From: Minisyncoccota bacterium
GTDB lineage: Bacteria; Patescibacteriota; Minisyncoccia; 2-02-FULL-40-12; GWA2-44-9
Direction: 5' to 3'
DNA length: 64,000 nucleotides
Assembly (NCBI GenBank): GCA_018062285.1
Contig: JAGOSO010000005.1
Coordinates: 2,697 to 66,696, forward strand
The notes beneath the pieces were generated by a model, which worked only from the letters and a program-made list of their open reading frames with translations, had not been told where the DNA came from and did not search any database. This document shows, piece after piece, positions 45,549 through 56,370 of this stretch; within the stretch, counting starts at the first letter, position 1; every line of letters begins with the position of its first letter. The position numbers and the translations under genes are program-made.

Positions 45549-46607
45549 ATGAAAATTATTTATTTCGGTGCCTATGACCCTCAGTATTCCAGAAACAGGG
45601 TATTAATAAGGGGACTAAAAGACAATGGTGTTGAGGTGGTAGAGTGTTCTGATAGGTCTCGTTCGATCTTAAAATATTTAAGACTTGTTTTTAAGTATTT
45701 TCGACTCAAGAAAGATTTTGATTTGATGGTCGTTGGCTTCCCTGGTCAGGAAGTTATGTTTCTTGCAAAAATTCTTACCAGGAAACCTATAGTATTTGAT
45801 GCCTTTACCTCTCATTATGGCGGGCACGTTTTAGACAGAGGCACATCTTCGCCTAAAAGCTTATCTGCTTTTTATTACAAATTCCTAGATAGATATTCTT
45901 GTCTTTTGGCAGACATGGTTCTTTTGGATACGAACGCTCACATAAATTTTTTCGTTGAAACATTTGGTTTACCCGTCGGTAAGTTTAAAAGGGTTTTTGT
46001 CGGCAGTGATTCGTCCGTTTTTTATCCAAGACCTGACCCCTTAAACGAAAAGGTTGTTGTCCATTTCCACGGCAACTATATTCCTCTTCAGGGTGTTCGG
46101 TATATTATTGAGGCTGCCAAGATTTTGGAAAATGAGTCGATACACTTTAACTTGATCGGCCGAGGCCAGACTTATGACAAAGACATTGATTTGGCCAAAA
46201 AGATAGGCGTTAAAAATATAACTTTTATCGATAGAGTTGGATATTCGGAGCTGGCAGATTTTATGACTCAATCCGATATCTGCCTTGGTGTTTTTGGTGA
46301 AAAAATTAAGACTGGCCTGGTTATCCCAAATAAAATTTTTGAAGCCTTGGCTATGAGTAAGCCGATTGTAACAGCCAGGACGGAAGCAATTCAGGAGTTA
46401 CTAAAAGACGAAGAAAATGTTATCCTGTGCCAGAAAGGAGATCCGAAGGATTTGGCCAACAAGATAAGAGAACTAGCTAATTCAAGGGATTTAAGGTTTA
46501 AAATCGGTTCAAATGGTGGGGATTTGTTCAGCCGGGCTTTAAAGGAAAAAATAATAGCAGGAGATTTAATTAATTGTATTTATGAGAGAGGATTATTATC
46601 AAAATAA
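45549..46607 (+). CDS. glycosyltransferase, GT-B fold (GT4-like)
   Basis: C-terminal KIFEALAMSKPIVTARTEAIQELL, similar to the GT4 donor-binding region. Confidence 0.55.
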   Translation: MKIIYFGAYDPQYSRNRVLIRGLKDNGVEVVECSDRSRSILKYLRLVFKYFRLKKDFDLMVVGFPGQEVMFLAKILTRKPIVFDAFTSHYGGHVLDRGTSSPKSLSAFYYKFLDRYSCLLADMVLLDTNAHINFFVETFGLPVGKFKRVFVGSDSSVFYPRPDPLNEKVVVHFHGNYIPLQGVRYIIEAAKILENESIHFNLIGRGQTYDKDIDLAKKIGVKNITFIDRVGYSELADFMTQSDICLGVFGEKIKTGLVIPNKIFEALAMSKPIVTARTEAIQELLKDEENVILCQKGDPKDLANKIRELANSRDLRFKIGSNGGDLFSRALKEKIIAGDLINCIYERGLLSK

Positions 46608-47226
46608 AAGTATTCATTATGGCATTGGCCACACACGCTTAAGGCGCATTCTTGGTTTGGTCGGAGACTCTGGGGGCTTAAGGGTTTTAGACGTCGGTTG
46701 TGCTAGCGGATATCTTGGTAAGCTGATCAAGGATAGGGGTAACAATGTTGATGGTGTTGAGATATCAGCTGCTGCGGCAGAGGAAGCTCGCAAGAAACTA
46801 GATTACGTTTATGTTTTAGACGTAGAGAAAGAATGGCCAGATGCTCTCCGGAAAAATGACTATGATCTATTGGTTTGCACAGAGGTTTTAGAACACGTTT
46901 TTGACCCATCAAAAGTCTTGGCTTCTGCTCGTGGGGCTCTTAAGGTCGGTGGCCATATCATCATATCAACTCCAAATTTTATGACCTGGACTCACCGAGT
47001 TAAGTTTTTGTTCGGTAAGTTTGCTTATACTGATCAAGGGATGTTGGACTTTGGTCATATTCGATTCTTCACCTACGCATACTTAAAGAAGATTTTGGCA
47101 GAAAATTATTTGGAAATAGAAGATGAAAGACACATTATATTTCCTGGTAAATTAACTAAAATCCTTAAGCTCTGGCCAAGCTTGTTTGCTGGCCAGTTCG
47201 TCCTAAAGGTTAAAAAAAATAAATAA
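46582..47226 (+). CDS. class I SAM-dependent methyltransferase
   Basis: LRVLDVGCASGYLG motif I. LLVCTEVLEHV. Confidence 0.75.
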   Translation: MREDYYQNKSIHYGIGHTRLRRILGLVGDSGGLRVLDVGCASGYLGKLIKDRGNNVDGVEISAAAAEEARKKLDYVYVLDVEKEWPDALRKNDYDLLVCTEVLEHVFDPSKVLASARGALKVGGHIIISTPNFMTWTHRVKFLFGKFAYTDQGMLDFGHIRFFTYAYLKKILAENYLEIEDERHIIFPGKLTKILKLWPSLFAGQFVLKVKKNK

Positions 47227-47228
47227 AC

Positions 47229-48410
47229 ATGAGAGTTCTCGTAACGGGGTACACTTATACCAGAGAAAATTTATTTGAAGTTTTCAATTCTTACCCAGAA
47301 AAAGATAAGTTGGCTTTTATTCTTCCAAGCAATTGGACTGCAAAAAATGGCACCGTTAAATTTAAGCCATTCAAGAAAGAGGGTTTTGAGATATATCACT
47401 CTCCTGCCTTTTTCCATCATTCAAATTTTCCAATCATTGGCGGTCTTTTCAAGGGGTGGATGCCGTTTTTTGTTTTTCGCTTATTGTATTTAAAATTTAC
47501 AAAAGGAATTGACGTTATGTTTAGCACTGGGGAGCCTAACCTCCTGTCTACGACCTACAATGCTTTATGGTCAAAATTATTGGGCATAAAATTCGTTTTT
47601 AATTATTGGGAAAATATTCCATATGAAAATAAGGATAAAGGTTCCAAATTATTTATCAAAAAAGCTATTATTAGCATGAATGTCTGGTTGAGCGATGGGG
47701 CAATTTGTGGAATGCACAAAGCCGAAGATATTTTAAGAACCTTTGGCGGTAATTTAAAAATCGGAACGTTTCTCCATGCTGGATTTAATCCAGAAAAATT
47801 TAAACCTGGACTAGATCATAAAGAATTTTCTCAAAAATATGGTCTAGAAAATAAAAAAGTATTTTTATTTGTTGGTGCTCTCGGTTATCGCAAGGGGATT
47901 CACTTGGTTTTGGATATAATCAGTAAATTAAAATCAGCTTATCCTATTAAGTTTTTGATTGTTGGGAGTGGGGAGTATAAAAAAGAGCTTGATAAAAAGG
48001 TTCAAGAATTGTCTCTGGAGAGTGATGTGGTGTTTATTCCTTGGATAGAAAATGATCGGTTGCCCATAATTTACAATTCAGCCGATATTTTCTTGTACCC
48101 AAGTATTCCTTATCAGGGCTGGGAGGAGCAGTTCGGCTATTCAATCGCGGAGGCATCTCTTTGTGGTTTGCCTGTAATCTCTACGAATACCGGATCAATC
48201 TACGAGGTGTTGTTAGATGGTAAAACTGGTTTAATGGTGGCCCCTGACAGTATTGAACAATTAAGGTCCGCAATAGTCGAGTTGGTTGATAACCCCGAAA
48301 AGTCGATAATGCTTGGCAGGTCAGGGAGAGAATTTGTAGAGAAGAATTTTAGCAATGGTGTAATTTCAAAAAAAATGTTTAGATTGTTCAGCGAAGTTAA
48401 TGAGTCATAA
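47229..48410 (+). CDS. glycosyltransferase family 4 (GT-B)
   Basis: EQFGYSIAEASLCGLPVISTNTGSIYEVL. Confidence 0.8.
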   Translation: MRVLVTGYTYTRENLFEVFNSYPEKDKLAFILPSNWTAKNGTVKFKPFKKEGFEIYHSPAFFHHSNFPIIGGLFKGWMPFFVFRLLYLKFTKGIDVMFSTGEPNLLSTTYNALWSKLLGIKFVFNYWENIPYENKDKGSKLFIKKAIISMNVWLSDGAICGMHKAEDILRTFGGNLKIGTFLHAGFNPEKFKPGLDHKEFSQKYGLENKKVFLFVGALGYRKGIHLVLDIISKLKSAYPIKFLIVGSGEYKKELDKKVQELSLESDVVFIPWIENDRLPIIYNSADIFLYPSIPYQGWEEQFGYSIAEASLCGLPVISTNTGSIYEVLLDGKTGLMVAPDSIEQLRSAIVELVDNPEKSIMLGRSGREFVEKNFSNGVISKKMFRLFSEVNES

Positions 48411-48422
48411 ATTAATAAAATA

Positions 48423-49400
48423 ATGTCTAAGATTATCTTTGGAAAGCTTGTTAGGGGCAAGAAGTTCTTGGTTACCGGTGGCGCCGGCTTTGTCGGCTCT
48501 CACATGATTGATTTGATTATAAAAAAAGGAGGGACAGTAATTTGTTTGGATAATTTATCCACTGGGAAAATGGATAACATTAAACATCTCGTTGGCTCTA
48601 GTAATTTTTCATTTTTTAATGTGGATGTTAATAATTTATCTAAAATAGAAAAGATATTTAAAGATGCGATGCCAGACTACGTAATGCATTATGCGGCCAT
48701 GGTTGGAGTGGAAAGAACAAGTCTTGACCCGCTAGGTGTTTTTGATGACATAGATGGCATAAAAAACATAGCTAAACTTTCTCAGAAGTATGGTGCTAAG
48801 AAGATTTTATTCGCCTCTTCTTCGGAGGTTTACGGTGAGCCAATAAAGATGCCAATGTCAGAGTATGATCGTTATCAGAGTCAGTGGCCCTACGGTTTAG
48901 TTAAAATATTTGCCGAGGTTTATCTGATTGCTTTTTCTAAAAAATTTAATATCCCTGTCGTTATTCCAAGATTCTTTAACGTCTATGGTCCCAGACAAGA
49001 CGATAGCCAGTTTGGTTTTGTTGTCCCTATATTTTTAAATAATGCTCTAGGTGGTGGGGAAATGGGTGTTTTTGGTGACGGTAGCCAAACAAGAAATTTT
49101 GTTTACGTTGATGATAATGTCAGGCTGTGCCTGGAAGCATTCTTCACAGAGGAAGCAAACGGTCGGCCTATGAATATTGGCTCGGGTAAGTCGGTTAAAA
49201 TAATAGACCTAGCCAAGACCATAAAGAAGATTATAAAGGAAGCAAAAATCGCTCATAAGCCATTAAGGATAGATGGCGAAATTATCTACAGAGTGCCAGA
49301 CGTAACATTTATGAAGAAGGCATTAAATGATTGGCCCAAAATAGAACTCGAAGAAGGATTAAAAAAGACAATAATCTATCTTAAAAAAAAGAATAAGTAG
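48423..49400 (+). CDS. NAD-dependent epimerase/dehydratase (extended SDR; UDP-glucuronate decarboxylase/UDP-sugar 4-epimerase-like)
   Basis: Rossmann motif VTGGAGFVGSH. YxxxK (YGLVK). 325 aa. Confidence 0.8.
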   Translation: MSKIIFGKLVRGKKFLVTGGAGFVGSHMIDLIIKKGGTVICLDNLSTGKMDNIKHLVGSSNFSFFNVDVNNLSKIEKIFKDAMPDYVMHYAAMVGVERTSLDPLGVFDDIDGIKNIAKLSQKYGAKKILFASSSEVYGEPIKMPMSEYDRYQSQWPYGLVKIFAEVYLIAFSKKFNIPVVIPRFFNVYGPRQDDSQFGFVVPIFLNNALGGGEMGVFGDGSQTRNFVYVDDNVRLCLEAFFTEEANGRPMNIGSGKSVKIIDLAKTIKKIIKEAKIAHKPLRIDGEIIYRVPDVTFMKKALNDWPKIELEEGLKKTIIYLKKKNK

Positions 49401-49426
49401 GATAACAATCATTACCTTAATTAAGG

Positions 49427-50560
49427 ATGAGAATTACATATCTAGCCAATGTTAGACTTCCGACAGAAAGAGCTTATGGAATACAGATAATTAATATGTG
49501 TCGAGCTTTTTCGTTGGCCGGTATAGATGTTTCACTTTTTTTCCCCTACCGTATTAGCAGGGCAATTAGGCAAAATATATTTGAGTATTATTCTGTTGAG
49601 GAAACTTTTAAAGCAAAAAGATTATGGGCGCTAGATTTTTATTTACCTAGTTTTTTAAATAAATTTGCGTTCCACCTCAAGAATTTTTTCTCAGCAGTTA
49701 GTCTGGCTTGGTGTGCCTTTTTTGCGAAGAGCGATTTTGTTTATTCCAGAGACGAGTTGCCTATATTTTTATTGAGTTTTTTAAGAAATAATTTGTGCTT
49801 TGAGGCGCATACATTTTCTGATGCTCGCAGATTTTATTATCGTAGGTTTAAAAATAAAAAAGTCAGAATTATTGTCATAAGCGATTCATTGAGACAGGTT
49901 TTTATACGAGAAGGTTTTGACCCAGTGAATATTATGGTGGCTCCAGATGCTGTTGATTTGGAAGTTTTTGGAAAACAATTATCTAAGACAGAATCCAGGG
50001 TGGGTGTGGGGCTGCCATTGACGGGGGACATCGTTATGTATTCCGGGCACCTTTTTGAGAAAAAAGGTGCCATCACGCTGGCTGAGTCTGCCCGCTATTT
50101 GCCAGACACCTTCTTTGTTTTTATTGGTGGAACAGAACGCGGGATTAATCAATTTAATAAAAAATATTCTAGTCGTAAAAACATAATAATTGTTGGTCAC
50201 AAGCCACACAAAGATATTCCTCGGTATCTTCAGGCGGCAGATGTTCTGGTTTTGCCAAACTCTGGGGAAGAATCAGTTTCGGACAAATTCACATCTCCCT
50301 TAAAATTGTTTGAGTACATGGCTTCGCGTCGGGTAATTATTGCTTCGGATTTGCCTGTTTTGAGAGAAGTTCTTAATGAAAGTAATTCTGTTTTGGTTGC
50401 GCCAGATAGCCCTGATATTTTGTTTAAAAATATTAAATATGTTTTGAGTAATCCTGAGCTTCAAGATAAATTATCTAATCAGGCTTACGAAGATGTTTCT
50501 GGTAAAACCTGGAACAGGCGAGCTGTTAATATTGCTAACTTTTTGTCTCAATTTGTTTAG
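49427..50560 (+). CDS. glycosyltransferase family 4 (GT-B)
   Basis: C-terminal LKLFEYMASRRVIIASDLPVLREVL donor-binding region. Confidence 0.7.
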   Translation: MRITYLANVRLPTERAYGIQIINMCRAFSLAGIDVSLFFPYRISRAIRQNIFEYYSVEETFKAKRLWALDFYLPSFLNKFAFHLKNFFSAVSLAWCAFFAKSDFVYSRDELPIFLLSFLRNNLCFEAHTFSDARRFYYRRFKNKKVRIIVISDSLRQVFIREGFDPVNIMVAPDAVDLEVFGKQLSKTESRVGVGLPLTGDIVMYSGHLFEKKGAITLAESARYLPDTFFVFIGGTERGINQFNKKYSSRKNIIIVGHKPHKDIPRYLQAADVLVLPNSGEESVSDKFTSPLKLFEYMASRRVIIASDLPVLREVLNESNSVLVAPDSPDILFKNIKYVLSNPELQDKLSNQAYEDVSGKTWNRRAVNIANFLSQFV

Positions 50561-50648
50561 TCCTGGTCTCGTTTACTTAAACTTTTTTTCGTGATAATCT
50601 GGGCCATGTTTTGTTGTGGCTCTTTGTCAATTTAACCAAGGCGGAGTG

Positions 50649-52133
50649 ATGGAAAAACCAATTTGTCTGATCATCCCGCCATCTCCATTTTTGTTGGATG
50701 AGCGGGTCTTTATGCCCTTGGGGATTCTCCGGGTGGCTGCGGTCTTGAGGGATCGTGGCTACAAGCCCGATGTCCTGGATCTTTCCGGGATAACCAACCC
50801 ACGGCAAGTCTTGCTGACCTACTTTTCGTCAGCTTCCAAAAACACTGTTTACGGTATTACCGCCACAACGCCTCAGTTGCCAGCGGCGGTATCTATCAGC
50901 GAAGAAATTCGCAAAAATAGTCCATCCTCAAAAATCATCTTGGGTGGTCCCCATGTAACCCTGACTCACGCTGCTTGGCGGCGAGAGAGAGATCGTGGAA
51001 TTGTTGGTGGCCGAGCCGGAAAGAGTTTCGACAAGATCTTAAGTAGCTTCGATGTTTTTGTTGCTGGTGATGGGGAAGAGGCGATCTTCTTGGCTCTTGA
51101 GGATTCTGCCCCAAAGTTTATTGATGCTGATGACCCAAAGTCGCAGCTATTTTTGAACGAGGAGCAACTGTCTACATTACCATTCCCTGCGAGGGATTTG
51201 GTTGATGTCGCAAGTTATCATCATGACGTTGACGGCAAAAACGCTTTAAACGTCATTTTGCAGCTTGGTTGTCCCTTTGGTTGTGGATTTTGTGGCGGAC
51301 GCCTTTCGCCATCATTCCGAAGGATCAGGCTTCGTTCTACCCAGAACGTGCTTGATGAGATCAGGCACATCTACCATGAATACGGCGCCGAGGCGCTGAT
51401 GTTCCATGATGATGAGCTCAATGTTAATCCAGAGTTTTCCAATCTTCTGCGTGGTCTGATCAAGCTCCAAGAGGAATTGGGAGTCTCATTTCATTTCCGT
51501 GGATTCATCAAGTCACAGCTTTTAACCGAAGAGCAGGCTGATTTGATGTACCAGGCTGGTTTCCGGAGAATATTGGTTGGCTTTGAAGCTGCCAGTCCCA
51601 AGATTCTCAAAAACATTCGTAAAAGTGCGACACTTGAACAGAACACGCGATGCATGGAGATTGCGGATAGGTATAACCTGAAAGTTAAGGCCCTCATGTC
51701 TATCGGTCATCCTGGTGAATCGCCAGAGACGATTGAAAACGTGAAAGACTGGCTCATCAATGTTCGTCCTCACGATTTTGACGTTACTGTCATTACTACC
51801 TACTTTGGTACACCGTATCATGATGATGCAGTGCCGCACCCTACGCTTCCGGGCGTTTGGGTCTACACCATTAACAATGATCGTTTGTACAGTCTTGATG
51901 TTGATTTCTCGGTTACAGCCGAGTACTACAAAGGGAAGCCGGATGGCGGGTATGTCGCTTATGTTTACACGGACTATATCAGCTCAGAAGAGCTGGTTGT
52001 AAGACGAGACTGGGTTGAGAGGGAAGTTCGAACGAAGCTGGGCATCCCTTACTATCAGGCCGGCCAGATTGCTCAGTACGAGCACTCGATGGGCCAAGGC
52101 CTTCCCGGTCACATCTTGAGAAGAACACTTTGA
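50649..52133 (+). CDS. B12-binding-domain radical SAM protein (class B radical SAM; possible methyltransferase)
   Basis: N-terminal cobalamin-binding-like Rossmann region. CPFGCGFC (CxxxCxxC). SD GGAG upstream of the ATG at 50649. The track GTG start is at 50616. Confidence 0.75.
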   Translation: MEKPICLIIPPSPFLLDERVFMPLGILRVAAVLRDRGYKPDVLDLSGITNPRQVLLTYFSSASKNTVYGITATTPQLPAAVSISEEIRKNSPSSKIILGGPHVTLTHAAWRRERDRGIVGGRAGKSFDKILSSFDVFVAGDGEEAIFLALEDSAPKFIDADDPKSQLFLNEEQLSTLPFPARDLVDVASYHHDVDGKNALNVILQLGCPFGCGFCGGRLSPSFRRIRLRSTQNVLDEIRHIYHEYGAEALMFHDDELNVNPEFSNLLRGLIKLQEELGVSFHFRGFIKSQLLTEEQADLMYQAGFRRILVGFEAASPKILKNIRKSATLEQNTRCMEIADRYNLKVKALMSIGHPGESPETIENVKDWLINVRPHDFDVTVITTYFGTPYHDDAVPHPTLPGVWVYTINNDRLYSLDVDFSVTAEYYKGKPDGGYVAYVYTDYISSEELVVRRDWVEREVRTKLGIPYYQAGQIAQYEHSMGQGLPGHILRRTL

Positions 52134-52134
52134 T

Positions 52135-52170
52135 CTCTAAGGACGGACAACTTCCGTTCTTAGAGATTTT
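52135..52170. terminator. bidirectional terminator between convergent genes
   Basis: CTCTAAGGACGG-ACAACTT-CCGTTCTTAGAG-ATTTTTTATTTT. Confidence 0.6.
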
Positions 52171-52806
52171 TTATTTTCTAGAATCTAGATATTCTAGAAT
52201 TTCTTTGACAGACAGAATGTCGCCTTTTTTGTGGTAGGTCTCTATCCTTTTTGTTTCTTCTTGGATTAGTTCTTTGCGGCTAGCCTCTAGTACACCCTGG
52301 GAATGAAAAACATTTGCTTGCCAGTCTTTTGGGTCTGATGGTTTGTTGTATATTTTTATACTTAAGTTCTTTTTAATTATCGAACTAACCAAGGTGGAGA
52401 AGGCTCTTACTTGGTGAAAGGGAGGGCAAATAATGGTTGCAGAACTTATCTTTTTCTGAGACATGTAATCCGTTAATGCCTCAGATTCGGTTAGGGTATT
52501 TAAATCAGCCGGTATATCAAGCGGAATAATATTTTCGGCAGGAACTCCGTTTTTTAATAGAGCACTAAGCCATGTATGGTAACCAGGATATCCATGGTTC
52601 GTCGTCCCTTGATCAATCATTATTTTTGTCGAGACTCCCATTTTATTCCACAATTCCGAGACTTCATCCAGCACCAACGATTCATTGTCTTTTGTTTGTC
52701 CAAATATGTAAATAATTTCTGTTTGTTCAGGTCTAATGTCACAAAGAATCCTGGTGTATAGCTCTAATGTTTGGTCTTGACCTTTGAAAAAAATAGATGT
52801 TTCCAT
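52171..52806 (-). CDS. hypothetical protein, possibly DUF218/YdcF-like
   Basis: 211 aa. Weak resemblance (GYPGYHTW...NTLTESEA) to the YdcF/DUF218 family. Low confidence. Confidence 0.35.
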   Translation of the reverse strand: METSIFFKGQDQTLELYTRILCDIRPEQTEIIYIFGQTKDNESLVLDEVSELWNKMGVSTKIMIDQGTTNHGYPGYHTWLSALLKNGVPAENIIPLDIPADLNTLTESEALTDYMSQKKISSATIICPPFHQVRAFSTLVSSIIKKNLSIKIYNKPSDPKDWQANVFHSQGVLEASRKELIQEETKRIETYHKKGDILSVKEILEYLDSRK

Positions 52807-52883
52807 GTTTGATTGTGCTCAATAATGAGGTATATTTGGTATACCAAAGTATATTACAGGTGGGCAGGCTAGTCTATTGAGCT

Positions 52884-53798
52884 ATGTACAGAAATTTTAA
52901 GAAGGAATTGTTTTTCTTGTCGAACTTATTGACCCGTCGTTATCCGGTGGGTTTTTATTTTAGTTATTTTAAATATCGTTTCTTCGGAGGCATGGTATTG
53001 GCCAATTTGTCACCCTATACCAAAAAAGAATTTGATAATTTTGAGGTCCACATGTTGTGCCAAGAACCTGATGTCCAAATGATTGAATGGTCAATTCGTT
53101 CTTTCTTAAAACATACAGGTTTTTATCCAAAGTTTATTATCCATGATGATGGCACAATGACCCAAAGATCAGGCAGGATTTTAGAAGAAAGATTTTCTAG
53201 TGTTGAGGTGATATTTAAATCCGAAGCCAGGAAAAGGCTACAAACAAAACCTGGCTATACGTCGCTTGTTAAAAAATTTGATGAACAGGGGAACAAGGTT
53301 TCGCTTCAGCTCATTGATTGTTATTTGCTGAGTAACACAGAAAAAGTTGTTCTTTTGGATGGGGATGTTTTGTTTTTTAAAAAACCTATCGAGCTCATTG
53401 ATTTTATTAATGGTAAAACCTCCTTTGACGCAATGGTTTCAAAACAGTACGGATCTTATGATTTAAAAGTTAAAAAAGAATATTCTGAAAAATACCATCT
53501 AGAAGACAGGCAAGCGGGTTTAATGAATCCGGGCCTAATTTCCATTAACAAGTCGGCCTTTCCTCAAGAAAAATTCATAGAGTTCCTAGAGAATACAGAA
53601 AGACCGTATGGGGATTATTTTTTGCCCATGTCGGGCTGGGGGAGTCTAATCGCTCAGACTAATTATTCTTTTTTCCCAGAGGATGGCTATATCATTAAGG
53701 GTCGCCCCACTAATCAGACAACCATGAAGCATTTTACTAGTCCACGCCGACATGAGTTCTATGCCTATGGTATCGACTTGTGCCGGATTGCTAAATAG
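52884..53798 (+). CDS. hypothetical protein, possible GT-A-fold nucleotide-sugar transferase
   Basis: LLDGDVLFF (DxD-like). Lies inside the glycan locus. Start uncertain: alternative Mets at 52992 and 53052. Confidence 0.35.
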   Translation: MYRNFKKELFFLSNLLTRRYPVGFYFSYFKYRFFGGMVLANLSPYTKKEFDNFEVHMLCQEPDVQMIEWSIRSFLKHTGFYPKFIIHDDGTMTQRSGRILEERFSSVEVIFKSEARKRLQTKPGYTSLVKKFDEQGNKVSLQLIDCYLLSNTEKVVLLDGDVLFFKKPIELIDFINGKTSFDAMVSKQYGSYDLKVKKEYSEKYHLEDRQAGLMNPGLISINKSAFPQEKFIEFLENTERPYGDYFLPMSGWGSLIAQTNYSFFPEDGYIIKGRPTNQTTMKHFTSPRRHEFYAYGIDLCRIAK

Positions 53799-53825
53799 TA
53801 TATTTTATGGTATTATAATAAACAA

Positions 53826-54806
53826 ATGACTTCTCCTCAACTATCTATTGTAGTGCCACTTTTTAATGAAGAAGAGGCTTTCCCATTGTTACTGAATAAA
53901 CTTCAGGAAGTTTGTGGTGGGCTTGGCAAGACTTATGAATTTGTTTTTGTTGACGATGGCTCAACCGACAAAACCTATAGTTTGATACAGGATGCTTCTA
54001 AAAATAATGCAAACATAAAAGCAATAAGGTTTTCGAGAAATTTTGGACATCAAGCCGCCTTTAACGCCGGCATGGATTTTTCAAGCGGAGAGATGGTCGT
54101 CACAATGGATGGGGATCTTCAGCACCCACCAGCCCTAATCCCCGAATTTATTAAAGCTATTGAACAGGGCTTCGACATAGTTATTGGAGAAAGGACTCAA
54201 AACAAGCAGAATTCGGTCCTCCGAGCTTTTGTTGGAAAATTATTTTATAAATTCTTAAGTGCGATTACTAACCTTGAATTTAAAAATGCATCTGACTTCG
54301 CGATTTATAATAGAAGGGTTATTTCTGTTCTAAAGCGCTTACCAGAAAAAGAAAGATTTTTGCGTGGTCTCGTTCAGTGGGTGGGTTTCAAAAAGAAGTA
54401 TATTCAATATGTTGCAGAAGAAAGAGTTGCTGGTGCTCCTAAATACACAATACGCAGGCTTGTCAGGCTAATCATGAGTGGGGTGACATCATTTTCAGCT
54501 TTTCCTTTACGCTTGGCTTTTTGGACAGGGACATTCATCTTTATATTTAGTATTATTTTTGCTGGTTATGTTGCCGTGGATCATTACACAAACCCCAATC
54601 CATTGCTGGCTGGCTGGGCTACTGTAGTGATACTTATATTGCTACTTGGCAGTATTCAACTCTTGGTTTTGGGCGTTGTTGGTGAGTACCTGTACAAGAT
54701 GTTTAATGAAATAAAGGGTCGCCCGCTTTATATTGTTTCTGATTCTTTGAATATGGATAATGATTCCTCTTCGCTCTCATCGTATGGATTAAACGGTCTT
54801 AGGTAA
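53826..54806 (+). CDS. polyprenyl-phosphate glycosyltransferase, GT2 (ArnC/GtrB-like) with 2 C-terminal TM helices
   Basis: LSIVVPLFNEEEAF, VDDGSTDKT, and TMDGDLQHPP. C-terminal TM helices. Confidence 0.8.
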   Translation: MTSPQLSIVVPLFNEEEAFPLLLNKLQEVCGGLGKTYEFVFVDDGSTDKTYSLIQDASKNNANIKAIRFSRNFGHQAAFNAGMDFSSGEMVVTMDGDLQHPPALIPEFIKAIEQGFDIVIGERTQNKQNSVLRAFVGKLFYKFLSAITNLEFKNASDFAIYNRRVISVLKRLPEKERFLRGLVQWVGFKKKYIQYVAEERVAGAPKYTIRRLVRLIMSGVTSFSAFPLRLAFWTGTFIFIFSIIFAGYVAVDHYTNPNPLLAGWATVVILILLLGSIQLLVLGVVGEYLYKMFNEIKGRPLYIVSDSLNMDNDSSSLSSYGLNGLR

Positions 54807-54811
54807 AATTC

Positions 54812-55612
54812 ATGGCTAAAATTAGAATTATTGCCGATGATTTAGGTCTCAATGAGCGGGTTAACGAAGGTATTTTGATAGCCCTCAAGAGTGGGTGGAT
54901 AAGCGGAGCATCTCTTATGCCAGCTGGGGATGCTTTTTTTGATGCCGTGAAATTAATTAAGGAATCACCTCAATTTGATATTGGGGTTCATGTTGTTTTG
55001 GTCGAAGAAACCCCTCTTTCTAAAAAAGAAGATATTACTACGCTTGTCGGCAAGAATGGATTTTTGCATAAAGATCATAGGGTGTTTTTTATTAGATATG
55101 TTTTGGGGCTTGTCGATATTAATGATATAGAAAAAGAATCCCGTCTTCAGATTAAAAGATGTTTGGATAGTGGTGTGACCCCCAAGTTTATTAATAGCCA
55201 TCAACACTTACATCTTTTGCCAAAAGTGTTAGATGTTTTCATAAAATTGGCCAAAGAATACGATATCCCGTATATTAGAATTGTGAATGAACCCTTTGGT
55301 GCTAGCGGTGGTATTGTTCGTCGGGTCCAATCTCTTGTGCTACGCTCTTTTTCCCATTTTGCTTATTCGAAGATCGATAGGAATGGGCTAAAGAGGAACG
55401 ATCTGTTTGTTGGTTTTTTAAATGCTGGCGGTATCACTAGTGGTGACATAAATTTTGCTAAAGAATTAAGCTATACCCGGCCCACCAAAATCATAGAAGT
55501 TGGTTGCCACCCTGGTTTTGAAAATGATGAACTACGTGAACGCTACAAGGATTGGGGAAACTATGGTTGGGAAAGAGAACTCAAGGTTCTAGAAGAGTCT
55601 AGTGATAAATAA
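54812..55612 (+). CDS. ChbG/HpnK (YdjC) family carbohydrate deacetylase
   Basis: N-terminal IRIIADDLGLNERVNEGI. Internal GVHVVL and HQHLH metal-binding motifs. Confidence 0.7.
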   Translation: MAKIRIIADDLGLNERVNEGILIALKSGWISGASLMPAGDAFFDAVKLIKESPQFDIGVHVVLVEETPLSKKEDITTLVGKNGFLHKDHRVFFIRYVLGLVDINDIEKESRLQIKRCLDSGVTPKFINSHQHLHLLPKVLDVFIKLAKEYDIPYIRIVNEPFGASGGIVRRVQSLVLRSFSHFAYSKIDRNGLKRNDLFVGFLNAGGITSGDINFAKELSYTRPTKIIEVGCHPGFENDELRERYKDWGNYGWERELKVLEESSDK

Positions 55613-55614
55613 AA

Positions 55615-56370
55615 ATGGAATCAAATTTTTATAAAACTTATTTTGAAGTAGAGAAATCGCATTGGTGGTTTCAGGGGCGGAGAAGCTTGATTAGATGGCT
55701 TCTCTCTGTTTATGTAAAAGATAAAAATGATTTTAATATTTTGGATATTGGTTCTGGTTCTGGCTACCTAGTTGGGGTTTTACAGAAAGATGGTTACGAA
55801 GTTTCCGGTGTGGACGCCTCTCTTGAGGCAATAGAATTTGGGACTAGTAAGGGAATTAAAAATCTTTCATTAGCTTCTGGCGATAAGTTGAATTTCCCCG
55901 ACGCTAGCTTCAAGTGTGTTTTATGTTTGGATACGATTGAACATATCAAGGATGATTCATTTGCTGTAAGAGAAATAGAGCGTCTCCTCGCCCCTGGTGG
56001 CTATGGTATTTTGACGGTGCCTGCATATCAGTGGATGTGGGGAGTCCAGGATGAGGTTGCCCATCATTATCGTAGATACTCTATGAAGAGTTTTTTGAAT
56101 TTGTTGAAGTCTGCCAAAAATCTTAAGGTTGTCCGAAAGAGTTATTTTAATACTTTTTTGTTTCCGGTTGTTGCCGGGGTTAGATTGGTTGGTAAATGGT
56201 TTAAAATCGAGGGGCGAGAATCCGATTTTGATATTCATAGTAATCTAATTAATACTTTGCTATTATTTATATTCAGGGCAGAGATTTGGCTTCTTAGGGT
56301 GATTGGCTATCCATTTGGTGTCTCAATCTTGTTGGTTCTGAAGAAAAATGAGCAATCCATTCAAAGATAG
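55615..56370 (+). CDS. class I SAM-dependent methyltransferase
   Basis: ILDIGSGSGYL motif I. LCLDTIEHI. Confidence 0.8.
   Translation: MESNFYKTYFEVEKSHWWFQGRRSLIRWLLSVYVKDKNDFNILDIGSGSGYLVGVLQKDGYEVSGVDASLEAIEFGTSKGIKNLSLASGDKLNFPDASFKCVLCLDTIEHIKDDSFAVREIERLLAPGGYGILTVPAYQWMWGVQDEVAHHYRRYSMKSFLNLLKSAKNLKVVRKSYFNTFLFPVVAGVRLVGKWFKIEGRESDFDIHSNLINTLLLFIFRAEIWLLRVIGYPFGVSILLVLKKNEQSIQR

Noticed and set aside
52176-52200. TCTAGA-rich palindrome ttctagaatctagatattctagaa
   Set aside because: It lies inside the 3' end of the minus-strand CDS 52171-52806. It simply encodes the C-terminal residues ...LEYLDSRK. It is coding coincidence, not an operator.
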